DNA of 64,000 nucleotides from Candidatus Hermodarchaeota archaeon (GTDB lineage Archaea > Asgardarchaeota > Lokiarchaeia > Sigyniarchaeales > SOKP01). Made by a program: the position numbers and the translations under genes. Below the pieces are notes generated by a model that saw nothing but the letters and a program-made list of their open reading frames with translations, ran no database searches and was not told the origin of the DNA. This document shows, one piece after another, positions 31,596-45,600 of this stretch. Positions within the stretch are counted from its first letter, which is position 1; each line of letters opens with the position of its first letter. The stretch covers positions 64,001-128,000 of the forward strand of contig JBHLLG010000002.1 in assembly GCA_048885925.1 (NCBI GenBank). The letters are read 5' to 3'.

Positions 31596-31803
31596 TTAAA
31601 TCTGCTTAACTAAATAATATGGTTCACAATTATATAAAAATTTAGGAATATTCCAAGTAATCAATGGATTTAGGTAATATGTAGGTGATATGAAACTTTT
31701 TTTTAAGAAAGATAATCTTATAAGTAAATCAATTTTATTCATATAAAATTTAACTTCTTTAGTTAATGATGTCCCATTATTTAAGATATAAAAATTGGAC
31801 TCC
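31596..31803. repeat. Copy 2 of the duplicated upstream region, ending in the partial palindrome AAATTGGACTCC
   Basis: Colinear with 28914-29124. Confidence 0.9.
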
Positions 31804-31884
31804 TTATTTATTATAATTCTTTTTTTTTGCAATAATATTATCTTAATGTTTCTTAAAGAATTTAAATAAAAAAGTGAAACTTAA

Positions 31885-33351
31885 ATGAAAGATAGAAAAA
31901 CAGATACAAAAGTAGTTTTAGTAGAAACTGAAAAAGATTTCCTAGAAGAAAGTAGAGAGAGATTCTTCCAAGTAGATGTTCTAAAAGCAATTATGATCTT
32001 TTTAGTCATATTCGATCATATGGTATCCTGGGAAGTAAAAAGAGAGATAGGTGTGTCCTTATGGGAAAGGATCTCAATTCCGGTCTTTTTAGTAATAATG
32101 GGCTTTAATATGGGGATTTCATTTCAAAAAAAAGGAGTCCAATCATTAAAAGAATTATATTCTTGGAGCTACTTTAAAAGTAAGATTTTACGGTATATTT
32201 TACCATTTCTAGTTTTGTATGCAGCTTCAACGTTTATAGGCTTATTTATGTACGGATTTGATCTCTCAGCAATGTATCATGGACAAAATTACCCAGATCG
32301 TGGCTTTATACTCTTATTTATAGGATTTTTGCCATTTTGGGGCCCTGGAAATTGGTTTCTTCCAGTAATTTTTGGATCTATCTTAATATTTCCTTTATTA
32401 TATTGGGCATTTACAAAGAAACCAATCCTAACATTAATTCTTTGTTTCGCTGTTGAGATCATAATGCAATTGATTGTATTTTTCGTTATAGGACAAATTA
32501 CAACTTGGGAAGAAGCGCATTATTACAATTTATTCGCGACCAGCGTTTTATTCTATCTATCTGCTATAGGATTAGGTCTGTGGTTTTCATTTAATCGTAA
32601 GCCTTTTTCAAGACGTAACTTGTTTATCTGGATTTTATTTCCAATTAGTTTAACATATATGATATTCTACCAATTCTTCGATTTTCGATTCCGAATCGGG
32701 GATGTTCCACTATTCAGAGGAGATTACCTTTTCTTAATATTTCCATATTCTGCGTTTTTATTTCTACTGGCAATGAGATTTTTACCTCAAAAGTCTGAAG
32801 GGGGAATTTCTCGAGCGATATCTTTAATTGGAAAATCAACATACCATATTTTACTTACACAAATATTAGGTTACGGTATGATCTATGCTTTTTGGGGCAC
32901 TCATTATGGTATTACTGCTGGTTTTGGACCTGAAAAAATAATAGACATGATTGTACTCTGGATCTTTTTCATCTCATTTGGAATTTTATGGTATAAAATA
33001 GATCAAAATAAAGACTTACGACGACGCGCCTTATATTATATCAACTTTTTTATAGTATTTGCATCACTCTTGCTTTTAACTTTCTGGGTTCAAGAATTTT
33101 GGGTACCAATACCTCTTTTGATAATTATTATTTATGCTATTGTAGCTTTAATCACCAAGTTTATCATTAAAAAACCGCTTCAAACAGGGAGTCTTAGTTT
33201 ATGGACTATATTTTTAATGATGGCCTTTATAATGATGATTCTTCAAGTAGAAATATTTCAACCGAAAAGAGTTTGGATTACCTTCATTCCAATTGCGATT
33301 ACTCTCTCTCTTGCGATTGTTGGGACTTATTTAGATTATAAACTAAGTTAA
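31885..33351 (+). CDS. Acyltransferase-3 family membrane protein, paralogue 2
   Basis: FQVDVLKAIMIFLVIFDH; strongly similar to 29203-30696. Confidence 0.87.
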   Translation: MKDRKTDTKVVLVETEKDFLEESRERFFQVDVLKAIMIFLVIFDHMVSWEVKREIGVSLWERISIPVFLVIMGFNMGISFQKKGVQSLKELYSWSYFKSKILRYILPFLVLYAASTFIGLFMYGFDLSAMYHGQNYPDRGFILLFIGFLPFWGPGNWFLPVIFGSILIFPLLYWAFTKKPILTLILCFAVEIIMQLIVFFVIGQITTWEEAHYYNLFATSVLFYLSAIGLGLWFSFNRKPFSRRNLFIWILFPISLTYMIFYQFFDFRFRIGDVPLFRGDYLFLIFPYSAFLFLLAMRFLPQKSEGGISRAISLIGKSTYHILLTQILGYGMIYAFWGTHYGITAGFGPEKIIDMIVLWIFFISFGILWYKIDQNKDLRRRALYYINFFIVFASLLLLTFWVQEFWVPIPLLIIIIYAIVALITKFIIKKPLQTGSLSLWTIFLMMAFIMMILQVEIFQPKRVWITFIPIAITLSLAIVGTYLDYKLS

Positions 33352-33462
33352 ATAATAATATTATTTTTTTCTCCTTCTTATATTTAGACTATAATTTTAC
33401 CAAAAGTTTTTTTAAATTACTTTTAAAAGTCCCAATAGTTTATTTTTTTAATATTTGTGTAA

Positions 33463-33615
33463 TTAATTGATTAAATAATAAGATTTCTTCTTTGACTCGT
33501 TAATTTTAATTTCTTTAACAATTTCTTTGAATGCCTTTTTATAATAATCTTTTGGACTCATTTCCTGCATTTTTTCATTTTTCGTTAACCATTTTCGCCT
33601 TTTTAGAGGTTCCAT
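33463..33615 (-). CDS. Putative small basic protein (50 aa)
   Basis: GGAG SD, then MEPLKRRKWLTKNEKMQEMSPKDYYKKAFKEIVKEIKINESKKKSYYLIN*. Confidence 0.45.
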   Translation of the reverse strand: MEPLKRRKWLTKNEKMQEMSPKDYYKKAFKEIVKEIKINESKKKSYYLIN

Positions 33616-33875
33616 ACTTAGCTATCTCCATAAGTAAATTATTAAAAATCAAAAAGAATCTTAAGAAATTATATAGTTATATCCCAATATTCCATTATTC
33701 TTGAGTAATACTTAAAAGAAAATGGTATATTTTTGAACTATTCACTCTTTCAAATAGGATTTATATAAAATATAGAAATATAATCCTACTATTTTTTTGA
33801 AAATTTTTTTTAAAATCAATGATTTAAGTAATTGATTTTATATAAAAAGTGGTTCATTGAACATTTTCGAAATAT

Positions 33876-34499
33876 TTATCTTGCAGAGACTGCTATTCTT
33901 TCAATTTCATCTTTACGTTTTACTGCTCTCGAATCTTGACTGTTCTTCGAGGCTAATATTAATTCCTGAGCCAGATTGTCTTCGAATTCTTTCTCATTAG
34001 AATGAGACCTAGCGCCAATTGCTTGAACAAGATACTTTATACCTAAGTCAACTCTGCGTTGTGGAGCGATATCTACAGCTGAAGCATAACTAATGCCTCC
34101 CATCGCGATTTTTGTTGTCTCTTCACGAGGTGCTGAATTAATTATCGCATCGATTAGAACTTGAATGGGATTTTGATTAGTAATGAGCTCGATTAATGTA
34201 AATGCATTTTCTAAACTCTTAGTTAACTTACCTTTTTTCCCAGAATTAGAAGAACTTTTATGACCTTTAATTTTACTGCCAATAAATCCAGGAGATAATA
34301 ATCTATTTGTAAATCTTTCTATTATTGATACTTTTGAAGATTTCCAAAATCTTTTATGTTCATGTCTTCCAGAAGAATAAGGAACTATAATAGGCTTTAA
34401 ATTAATATAATTCTCAAGGGTTATATCATCTATATTAACATCTGAAAAAGACCACTTATTAAAGAGTTTGATGTCTTTCTTGGTTTTACTCATATTCAT
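33876..34499 (-). CDS. rps7: 30S ribosomal protein S7
   Basis: KLFNKWS, NSAPREE, AVDIAPQRRVD, ERIAVSAR. Confidence 0.96.
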   Translation of the reverse strand: MNMSKTKKDIKLFNKWSFSDVNIDDITLENYINLKPIIVPYSSGRHEHKRFWKSSKVSIIERFTNRLLSPGFIGSKIKGHKSSSNSGKKGKLTKSLENAFTLIELITNQNPIQVLIDAIINSAPREETTKIAMGGISYASAVDIAPQRRVDLGIKYLVQAIGARSHSNEKEFEDNLAQELILASKNSQDSRAVKRKDEIERIAVSAR

Positions 34500-34511
34500 T
34501 TCCTTCTATTA

Positions 34512-34940
34512 TTATCGTAATGGTTTCTCTTTTTTTCCACTAAGTAATGCATCAAGACTTACTCCATTAACTTTTACTACTTTATAACGAACTCCGGGAA
34601 GGTCACCAACAGATCGTCCTTTTGCTCCTCCAATCCCTTCAACGATAACTCTATCATGCTCTTCTATAAAATTAAGAGCTCCATCTCCAGGCAAGAATGC
34701 CGTGACTCCTTTTCCATTTTTCTTTAATTGAACACGAACACACTTCCGAATAGCAGAGTTAGGTTGCTTACTCTCTCTACCAACTTTTTGAAGTACAATT
34801 CCAAGAGCTTGAGGACTTCCTTCAAGAGGATCAACCTTCTTTTTCAATTGAAGTTTCCTTCTTTTATATTTGGTTTTTGACCATCGAAATTTCTTTCGGG
34901 TGGTTTGAAGTTTTCGAGCCGCATATAGTCCTTTTGGCAC
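34512..34940 (-). CDS. rps12: 30S ribosomal protein S12
   Basis: [25 protein letters not shown]; GTG start. Confidence 0.97.
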   Translation of the reverse strand: MPKGLYAARKLQTTRKKFRWSKTKYKRRKLQLKKKVDPLEGSPQALGIVLQKVGRESKQPNSAIRKCVRVQLKKNGKGVTAFLPGDGALNFIEEHDRVIVEGIGGAKGRSVGDLPGVRYKVVKVNGVSLDALLSGKKEKPLR

Positions 34941-35037
34941 TTTTATACACCAAAATTAAATTATTTATAATGTGAAAAAATACATCTTTAAACTTAAAAT
35001 TTATGGAAAGAATTTAATTCTATTATATTGTAGTAAT

Positions 35038-36294
35038 TTATTCTACTCGTAGATCAAGACTCTTTATAGCATTATAACAAATATCTATAACTCCATTTAG
35101 GTTTTCAGCGCTACACAATTCAGGAGTATCCTTTTTCGAATGGATATATTTTGAATCTTTATTTGATAAAAAACAACTTACCTGAAAATCTTTCTTTTCA
35201 GCTTTTTTTGTGAAGGCACGAAAAGATAAATGATCACTTCCAGATCCGAATGCCATCTTTGGACTATCAGAATTGATTTTTTGTTGCATATCTGAGGCTT
35301 TTAAAACATCATTTAAATTTTTGTTTAATTTCTTTTTCTTAAGTAATCCAGTCTCATCAATTAAACCTATATATGTACCCACCATATCAACGTTAATATT
35401 GTATGATTTGTTTAAGTCATAATCGTAATCTATTTCTTCTAAATGTTTAGAACAAAAGTGCTTTGAGCCCCATATCCCCATTTCTTCTGCCCCACACCAT
35501 AAAAAGATTACATCTGTTCTTTCAAGAGGATTTTTCTTTACTAATTTAGCTAATTCTAATAAAATTGCTGTCCCTGAAGCATTATCTATCGACCCAATAG
35601 ATTCATTTGTTTTTCTATTAAAAAAAGTAATAAAGAGTTCACTCATAATGATAATTCCAACAATAAAGGATATTGTTCTTATTAATAAGTATACAAACTC
35701 GATGGAAATTGCTGTAAATAAAATAACAATTGACCAAATGGAGAGAATAATGTTTATTAGAAAATAAGAAAGAAGAAGGAAAAGAATTGAAAGAAGTAAA
35801 GGTTTCATCATTTTTGTTGGAAAAAGACTTGAAACAGAATCATAATGAGCTGAAAAAATGATAACTGGCCTCTTAGGATATAAATCTTTTGCTTGTATGG
35901 TGGTGTAAAGATTTTTTGATTCTCTTTTCTTACCAATATATAAAATCTTGGATTGATCAAACAGAAACTTTCCTCCGGATAACAGAATTACAATGAATAA
36001 CCCATCAAGAGGAAGGATTATCCATGTAAAGAGAGGATTTAATAATAAAATTTGACAAATGAGAATGAAGGTAAAAAACCATAAAAATAGTAATTTCCTT
36101 AATTTTGTTGTTGTTGTAGTCCATTTAAAAGATTCTATGATGGGTTGAATATTCTGTTTATCTAATTCTTTGATGATATAATTAATTGCTTTAGTTTCGC
36201 CTTCAGTTGCAGCATACCTTTTAAATGCTAACGTTTTCACGTGGTTAATAGCAGCATTTTCATCATACAATTTCAAATCAGAAATATATCTCAC
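35038..36294 (-). CDS. M28 family metallopeptidase with transmembrane segments
   Basis: SAHYDS, DNASG, AEEMG, NVDMVG, SDH, YIHS..D. Confidence 0.88.
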   Translation of the reverse strand: MRYISDLKLYDENAAINHVKTLAFKRYAATEGETKAINYIIKELDKQNIQPIIESFKWTTTTTKLRKLLFLWFFTFILICQILLLNPLFTWIILPLDGLFIVILLSGGKFLFDQSKILYIGKKRESKNLYTTIQAKDLYPKRPVIIFSAHYDSVSSLFPTKMMKPLLLSILFLLLSYFLINIILSIWSIVILFTAISIEFVYLLIRTISFIVGIIIMSELFITFFNRKTNESIGSIDNASGTAILLELAKLVKKNPLERTDVIFLWCGAEEMGIWGSKHFCSKHLEEIDYDYDLNKSYNINVDMVGTYIGLIDETGLLKKKKLNKNLNDVLKASDMQQKINSDSPKMAFGSGSDHLSFRAFTKKAEKKDFQVSCFLSNKDSKYIHSKKDTPELCSAENLNGVIDICYNAIKSLDLRVE

Positions 36295-36352
36295 TTTAAT
36301 AGTAAATTTTTTTTATAAAATTGATAATTGTTAATAAGGATATCAATGAAAA

Positions 36353-36829
36353 TTAGATATTTTTAGTGTTGATTATAACGTTGTCTACTTCAAAATATCT
36401 TAAAACCAATTCTTTAATCTTTCTTATCATTGAACCATCTTTACCGATAGCTTTTCCTCGATCTTGAGGACGCACAGTAATAATAACGGTCTTTCTTTGA
36501 TTTTTACTTTCTTTAATCTCTATATTTTGAACTTTTATTAAATTTTTAGTTGTTTGTAAGATATTTTGGATAAATTTATTTAAATCTTCAGAAAAAGCTA
36601 TTACATCGATTTTTTTCTGAAGTTTTGACTTTAAATCTTTAACATGTTCACCAGCTTTTCCAATCGCTTTTCCAACATCTTCTTCTTTTACTAGAAATAT
36701 AATGATTTCTGACCCATTCTCAGGAGATTTAAAGATTAAACAGTCTTTTATGATAGCACCAGAAATGTTGTTAAATAGAGAAATAAGTTCCATTGCTTCC
36801 CGATCAATTTTAATATTCTTTTTTAACAT
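36353..36829 (-). CDS. nusA: Archaeal NusA (two KH domains)
   Basis: GKAIGKAG and GKAIGKDG KH motifs; follows rpl30e. Confidence 0.92.
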   Translation of the reverse strand: MLKKNIKIDREAMELISLFNNISGAIIKDCLIFKSPENGSEIIIFLVKEEDVGKAIGKAGEHVKDLKSKLQKKIDVIAFSEDLNKFIQNILQTTKNLIKVQNIEIKESKNQRKTVIITVRPQDRGKAIGKDGSMIRKIKELVLRYFEVDNVIINTKNI

Positions 36830-36856
36830 TTAAAAAACTAGCTAATTGTAATTGGG

Positions 36857-37231
36857 TTATTTAGTTTTTAATTTTATTAAATCAGAATCTCCAAAATCAA
36901 AAACTCCTATAACAGAAATCATATAAGGTTTAGCACACGCTAATCCTAAATCCCAGCTTGATCCTTTGTATTTATAGATAAAGACTTTATCTTTCAAAAG
37001 AGAATTATAGTGATTTAATTGATTTATCAATTCTAATGGACAATTTTTGCTTACAATGAGCATTTTAAAGGGATTTTTTCCTCTTAAATTTTTTAATACT
37101 TGGTTTTTGCCATAAATTATTTTACCCGTCTTATAAGCAACTTTGATATTTGTGTCAACATCAAATTCTTTGACTTTTTTTCTGCTCAGATCAACTTTTT
37201 CAATGGTATCTTTACTTGTTCTTTTCCCCAT
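36857..37231 (-). CDS. rpl30e: 50S ribosomal protein L30e
   Basis: KTGKIIYG, NCP, YKGSSWDLGLACAKPY, GDSD. Confidence 0.93.
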   Translation of the reverse strand: MGKRTSKDTIEKVDLSRKKVKEFDVDTNIKVAYKTGKIIYGKNQVLKNLRGKNPFKMLIVSKNCPLELINQLNHYNSLLKDKVFIYKYKGSSWDLGLACAKPYMISVIGVFDFGDSDLIKLKTK

Positions 37232-37332
37232 AATAAAATCATACGTAATCTATATAATAAGTAATAAGAATGATACTTTTTTAATATTATTTAGCTAATG
37301 TGTGTTTTTTCTTTATAATTAAAAGTTTTCGT

Positions 37333-41506
<4,174 letters not shown>

Positions 41507-41510
<4 letters not shown>

Positions 41511-41637
41511 ATATTATAAAAATTGATTAATATCATAAAGTAAAAAGACATAGTCATGAAAAAAGTATAACTCATAAACTAAATACCTCCAAAGTGAAAA
41601 CCTCAACAAAAAAACATGAAGAATAAATGTAATTCAT
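41507..41637 (-). other. Two tandem short leader ORFs (41572-41637, 21 aa; 41507-41575, 22 aa) coupled by ATGA overlaps into rpoA1
   Basis: Each is preceded by a GAGG(A)/GGAGG SD-like element, and each stop overlaps the next ATG. Confidence 0.4.
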
Positions 41638-41840
41638 AGGAGAAAACATCCTCTATAATGGTTATAAAATGCCATATTTAAAAAATAAGGTAACGAGTCT
41701 TCCACTGTACGTTAATAAAGATAACAAATATTAAAAATTTTACTGTTTTGGGCATTTTAAATTTTCGAATAGATTTAAATACATAAATTTTCTCTTTTTA
41801 TTTTAAATATACTTTACCATTAAACACGAGATTAGTAAAA

Positions 41841-43343
41841 ATGAAATCTTATCAAAAAGGTAGAATTATAACAATAACTTTTGGAACGATATTGATTTTA
41901 GGTTTGATTAGCTTTAATGCAAAAGCACAGGACGGACCACCGGCTCCTGAAGATGCATTTAATGGTCATACATTTGATGAAAACTATTGGGATACGGATG
42001 TTTTTAACAATTCTATCTGGGATCATCCAGAAGTAAGACCAGAAGTTTCATGGCAAGATAATACTTGGAATGTGAAATGGATTAAAGAAGGGAATTTTGA
42101 AATGGGTATGTTGGCTTTTATTGATAAAGTACATGAAGAAAATGGTGAAACTGTGAAATATACTACTCCTGCACAGATGTGGTGGCAACATGCGTATTTA
42201 AATGGTTCAGAGATATATATTGCTTCAATGCATTGTGCGTGGTTTGGATTTGCAGATAAAAATAATAATGATGCTTATGATGATGGAGAAGAAATAACTC
42301 CTTTCTTTTATATGGGATCAAATAGTACAGAATTAAGGGATACAGTTAAAATCCATTCAAACCCAAAAACAACAGCAACACCTTTACAACGATCTGAGAG
42401 TGGATCTATAGTTACTTATACATGGGGTTATAATTACTCTGATATAGTTTTTTTTGTTCCAAAAGTTGAACATTTTGCGGCATATCCAGGTTCTGGTTTT
42501 GAATGGGGTTTTAATTATTCAGATCCAGGCAGTTATATTAATGGTTCTAATGTAATAGGGAATCAGACTTATGTATATTATGAATATACATTGGAAGTGG
42601 ATACTGATTTAGGTATTGCAACATTATATCAAAATTATGAAACAGGGAAATTTGGAGTTTTGATGAATGCAACAGCTAAAGGTGGCCCATGGGTAGAAGT
42701 TCATCCAGGGGATGATGGATATATGCCAGAGTACTGGGCAATGTGTCTAGGAACTTGGGCTTTTATATGGGCGGAACAAGATCCATTGCTGACGGATCTT
42801 GAAGTTGGAGAGATTAATGCTACATGCCATAAAACCGGTTTAACTACAGTTGAGACGAAATTAGGAGGTACTCATGCTTTCGACTTTAAATTCGAACAAA
42901 AACCTACTTATAATTTAAAACACTTGAATGGAACCGATTTAGGAGAAAGAGATGCTCTTTATGAATGTTTAGACGTTAATAATGACTCAGAGTTTATTGA
43001 TTTTGTTTCTGGTATGCTTCCTTTAGTTGGAGAGTTTGGACGCTTAATTTCCTGCTATGCTATTAATCAAACAAATCGATTTGTTGGAGGTATCCCATTT
43101 GATGATGTATGGGATGATTTCGAACCAAATAAAACAGCTGCTTTCTTTATTACATGTTATCCTGATTATGGTGAAGGCCAAGGGGGAGAATTAAAACATG
43201 ATCCCGTTTTTACTGCCTATTTCGAGGTTGCCGAAGAAAAACCATTAATTCCAGGATTTCAAATAGAGATTCTTACAATAGCGTTAACCATTGGAATTAT
43301 AACAGTTATATTTTTAAGGAAGAAATCAGGGAAAGTGACATAA
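41841..43343 (+). CDS. Secreted/cell-surface glycoprotein with C-terminal IPGF + TM + basic sorting signal (Loki-CTERM/PGF-CTERM-like)
   Basis: N-terminal signal peptide (…NAKA/QD), many N-x-S/T sequons, PLIPGFQIEILTIALTIGIITVIFLRKK. Confidence 0.8.
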   Translation: MKSYQKGRIITITFGTILILGLISFNAKAQDGPPAPEDAFNGHTFDENYWDTDVFNNSIWDHPEVRPEVSWQDNTWNVKWIKEGNFEMGMLAFIDKVHEENGETVKYTTPAQMWWQHAYLNGSEIYIASMHCAWFGFADKNNNDAYDDGEEITPFFYMGSNSTELRDTVKIHSNPKTTATPLQRSESGSIVTYTWGYNYSDIVFFVPKVEHFAAYPGSGFEWGFNYSDPGSYINGSNVIGNQTYVYYEYTLEVDTDLGIATLYQNYETGKFGVLMNATAKGGPWVEVHPGDDGYMPEYWAMCLGTWAFIWAEQDPLLTDLEVGEINATCHKTGLTTVETKLGGTHAFDFKFEQKPTYNLKHLNGTDLGERDALYECLDVNNDSEFIDFVSGMLPLVGEFGRLISCYAINQTNRFVGGIPFDDVWDDFEPNKTAAFFITCYPDYGEGQGGELKHDPVFTAYFEVAEEKPLIPGFQIEILTIALTIGIITVIFLRKKSGKVT

Positions 43344-43460
43344 AAAATATATAACTGTATAATAAATCTATTTTATTTTCTTTTTTTTTAACAGAACTGT
43401 TGTTTATTTAGATGGATTTTTAAAAGAATTTAATTTATTGCTATATTTAACTAATTAATA

Positions 43461-44069
43461 ATGAAAATAATTGAATTTTTTAGAAGTAGAATTATTCTAT
43501 TTATTATCCAAGTTCTACTTCTAAGCCTTTTAATTTACAGTATAGGCTACAAATATGATATTAGTTTTGATGTGGAAACTTCAAAAGAACAGAAATTGAT
43601 AATTCAGTTCTTAGCAGACTATATTTTTTTTGATAATATATTTGGTTTATTTTTTATATATTTATGTTGGATTATAGTATCATTAATTCCTATTTTTGTT
43701 TATTTTGATTTCAAAAAAGCATATTCAATGAACATAATGACTTATTTCTTTATAAACTTCTTTACCTACACTTTTTTATATCATTATTCAAACAATTATT
43801 TTCATGTTCATTTTCTTTTTCATTTTTTACAAACAATTCTACTTGGGATTACGATTGTTGGACTTTCAATTGGACTGTCTTTGATATTAAAAAAACTTAC
43901 TAAGATTAAAGTAAAGGGTCAAATCGAGGATTTATCCATTTTAGCAAGTAGAGCTAAAATAAAATGTCCAAAGTGTGGAACAGAATTTGAATCAATCCCA
44001 AAATTTTGTTATAAATGCAATTCAGAACTTTTTATAAAACTCGAGGAAAAAAATACAAATGGAAAATAG
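43461..44069 (+). CDS. Membrane protein with C-terminal zinc ribbon
   Basis: About four hydrophobic helices; CPKCG...CYKC. Confidence 0.75.
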   Translation: MKIIEFFRSRIILFIIQVLLLSLLIYSIGYKYDISFDVETSKEQKLIIQFLADYIFFDNIFGLFFIYLCWIIVSLIPIFVYFDFKKAYSMNIMTYFFINFFTYTFLYHYSNNYFHVHFLFHFLQTILLGITIVGLSIGLSLILKKLTKIKVKGQIEDLSILASRAKIKCPKCGTEFESIPKFCYKCNSELFIKLEEKNTNGK

Positions 44070-45513
44070 TAGAAATTCATTAGAGAAACTATTCAAACCA
44101 AAAAATGTTGCCATTTTTCAAGTAAATCAAAGGATTTCTTTTTTTGTTGAAGGATTTATCAGACAAGGTTTTGATTTAGAAAAATTATATTTAATTTCGA
44201 CGAAAGAAAAAGAGATCCTAGGTGTAAGATGTTATAATACAATTGAAGATATTCCAGAAGGTACAATTGATCTACTAATTTTAGCTGTAAGGAGAGAATT
44301 GCTTATAGAATCGATAGAATACATTTTGTCAATTAAGAAAGTAAGATTTATTCATATATTTACAGCAGGAACTGGGGAATTTGATGATTTGGGTATAAAA
44401 ATTGAACGAGAGTTAAAGAAATTATTAGATAATTATAAATATACAAGAGCAATAGGTCCAAATTGTATGGGATTATATAGTCCTCGTGGAAAAGCCGCTT
44501 ATTACTCCTCTTTTCCTGTAGAGGGTGGAAATATTGGATTAATTTTCCAATCTGGAGATTTGCATTCTAAAATGATTAAATTTGGATCAAGAAAACATAA
44601 TCTTAGATTTTCAATTGGAATCAGTATTGGAAATTGCATAGATATTCAGGTTTCAGAAATTTTAGAATATCTTAATGAAGATATTGAAACTGATGTAATT
44701 TGTGTTTATTTTGAAGGTATTTCGCTATTGCATAAATATGAAGGTAAAAAATTATTAAATGTTCTAAGAAATATGAAAAAACCAGTATTATTTATGAGAG
44801 GTGGAAAAACCTTAAGAGGTCAAAAAGCTGTTTTAACACATACTGGAGCATTAGCAACTAAAAGTGATATTTGGCAAGCTATTTATAAACAAACAACGAT
44901 AATTGAAGTTCCACCTTCCTTGGAAGAATTAATAGATTATGCCTATCTTTTTTCTAAATATATTTCTCGATTTCATACAGTAAACAAAGATATAATCTTC
45001 CCTAAAACCAAAAGAGCATTAATAGTTCTATGGTCTGGTGGTTTTGGCATTTTAGCTACAGACACCTTAACAGAGTTGGGAATTGAATTACCTCTTTTTG
45101 AAGGTGAAAAATTAGAAAAATTAAACAAAATCTTTCCAATAAGAGTAGGAACTTTATCAAATCCATTTGACATTCCTTGGATAACTCATAGGAGAGAGGT
45201 TGTTGATATATGTAAATCTGCCATTAATGAAAATATTGACTTAATAATAATCGAAACTGATACTTGGAGGGATATGGAAAGTGAACGTTTTAAAAGCTAT
45301 TATAATAATTTGAATGAACTGAGAGATTATATTGAATCATTAAATAAAATATTCATTATTATTTTACATCAATATCCTAGCGAATCATTAGAAAAATTTC
45401 ATCAGAAATTAATTAACGATAATTTTATTGTATATCCTACAATTGAAGTTGCTGCAAAAGCCTTTTTGAAATTATACGAATTTGGTAGGAAACTAGAAAG
45501 ACTAAACTCCTAA
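44059..45513 (+). CDS. NDP-forming acyl-CoA synthetase alpha-subunit-like (CoA-binding) protein
   Basis: LFKPKNVA, IGPNCMG, QSG, SIGN, THTGALA (phospho-His), SGG, NPFD. Confidence 0.85.
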   Translation: MENSRNSLEKLFKPKNVAIFQVNQRISFFVEGFIRQGFDLEKLYLISTKEKEILGVRCYNTIEDIPEGTIDLLILAVRRELLIESIEYILSIKKVRFIHIFTAGTGEFDDLGIKIERELKKLLDNYKYTRAIGPNCMGLYSPRGKAAYYSSFPVEGGNIGLIFQSGDLHSKMIKFGSRKHNLRFSIGISIGNCIDIQVSEILEYLNEDIETDVICVYFEGISLLHKYEGKKLLNVLRNMKKPVLFMRGGKTLRGQKAVLTHTGALATKSDIWQAIYKQTTIIEVPPSLEELIDYAYLFSKYISRFHTVNKDIIFPKTKRALIVLWSGGFGILATDTLTELGIELPLFEGEKLEKLNKIFPIRVGTLSNPFDIPWITHRREVVDICKSAINENIDLIIIETDTWRDMESERFKSYYNNLNELRDYIESLNKIFIIILHQYPSESLEKFHQKLINDNFIVYPTIEVAAKAFLKLYEFGRKLERLNS

Positions 45514-45600
45514 TAAAATTAAAGAAGATCCAGATTAATTCTCAAATCTAATTAGATAATAATACGAAACAATTTATGTCTTATTTAATTTAATTATGCA

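Noticed and set aside
31596-31832. 78-aa minus-strand ORF in the duplicated leader
   Set aside because: The equivalent frame in copy 1 has a premature TAG, so it is not conserved as coding
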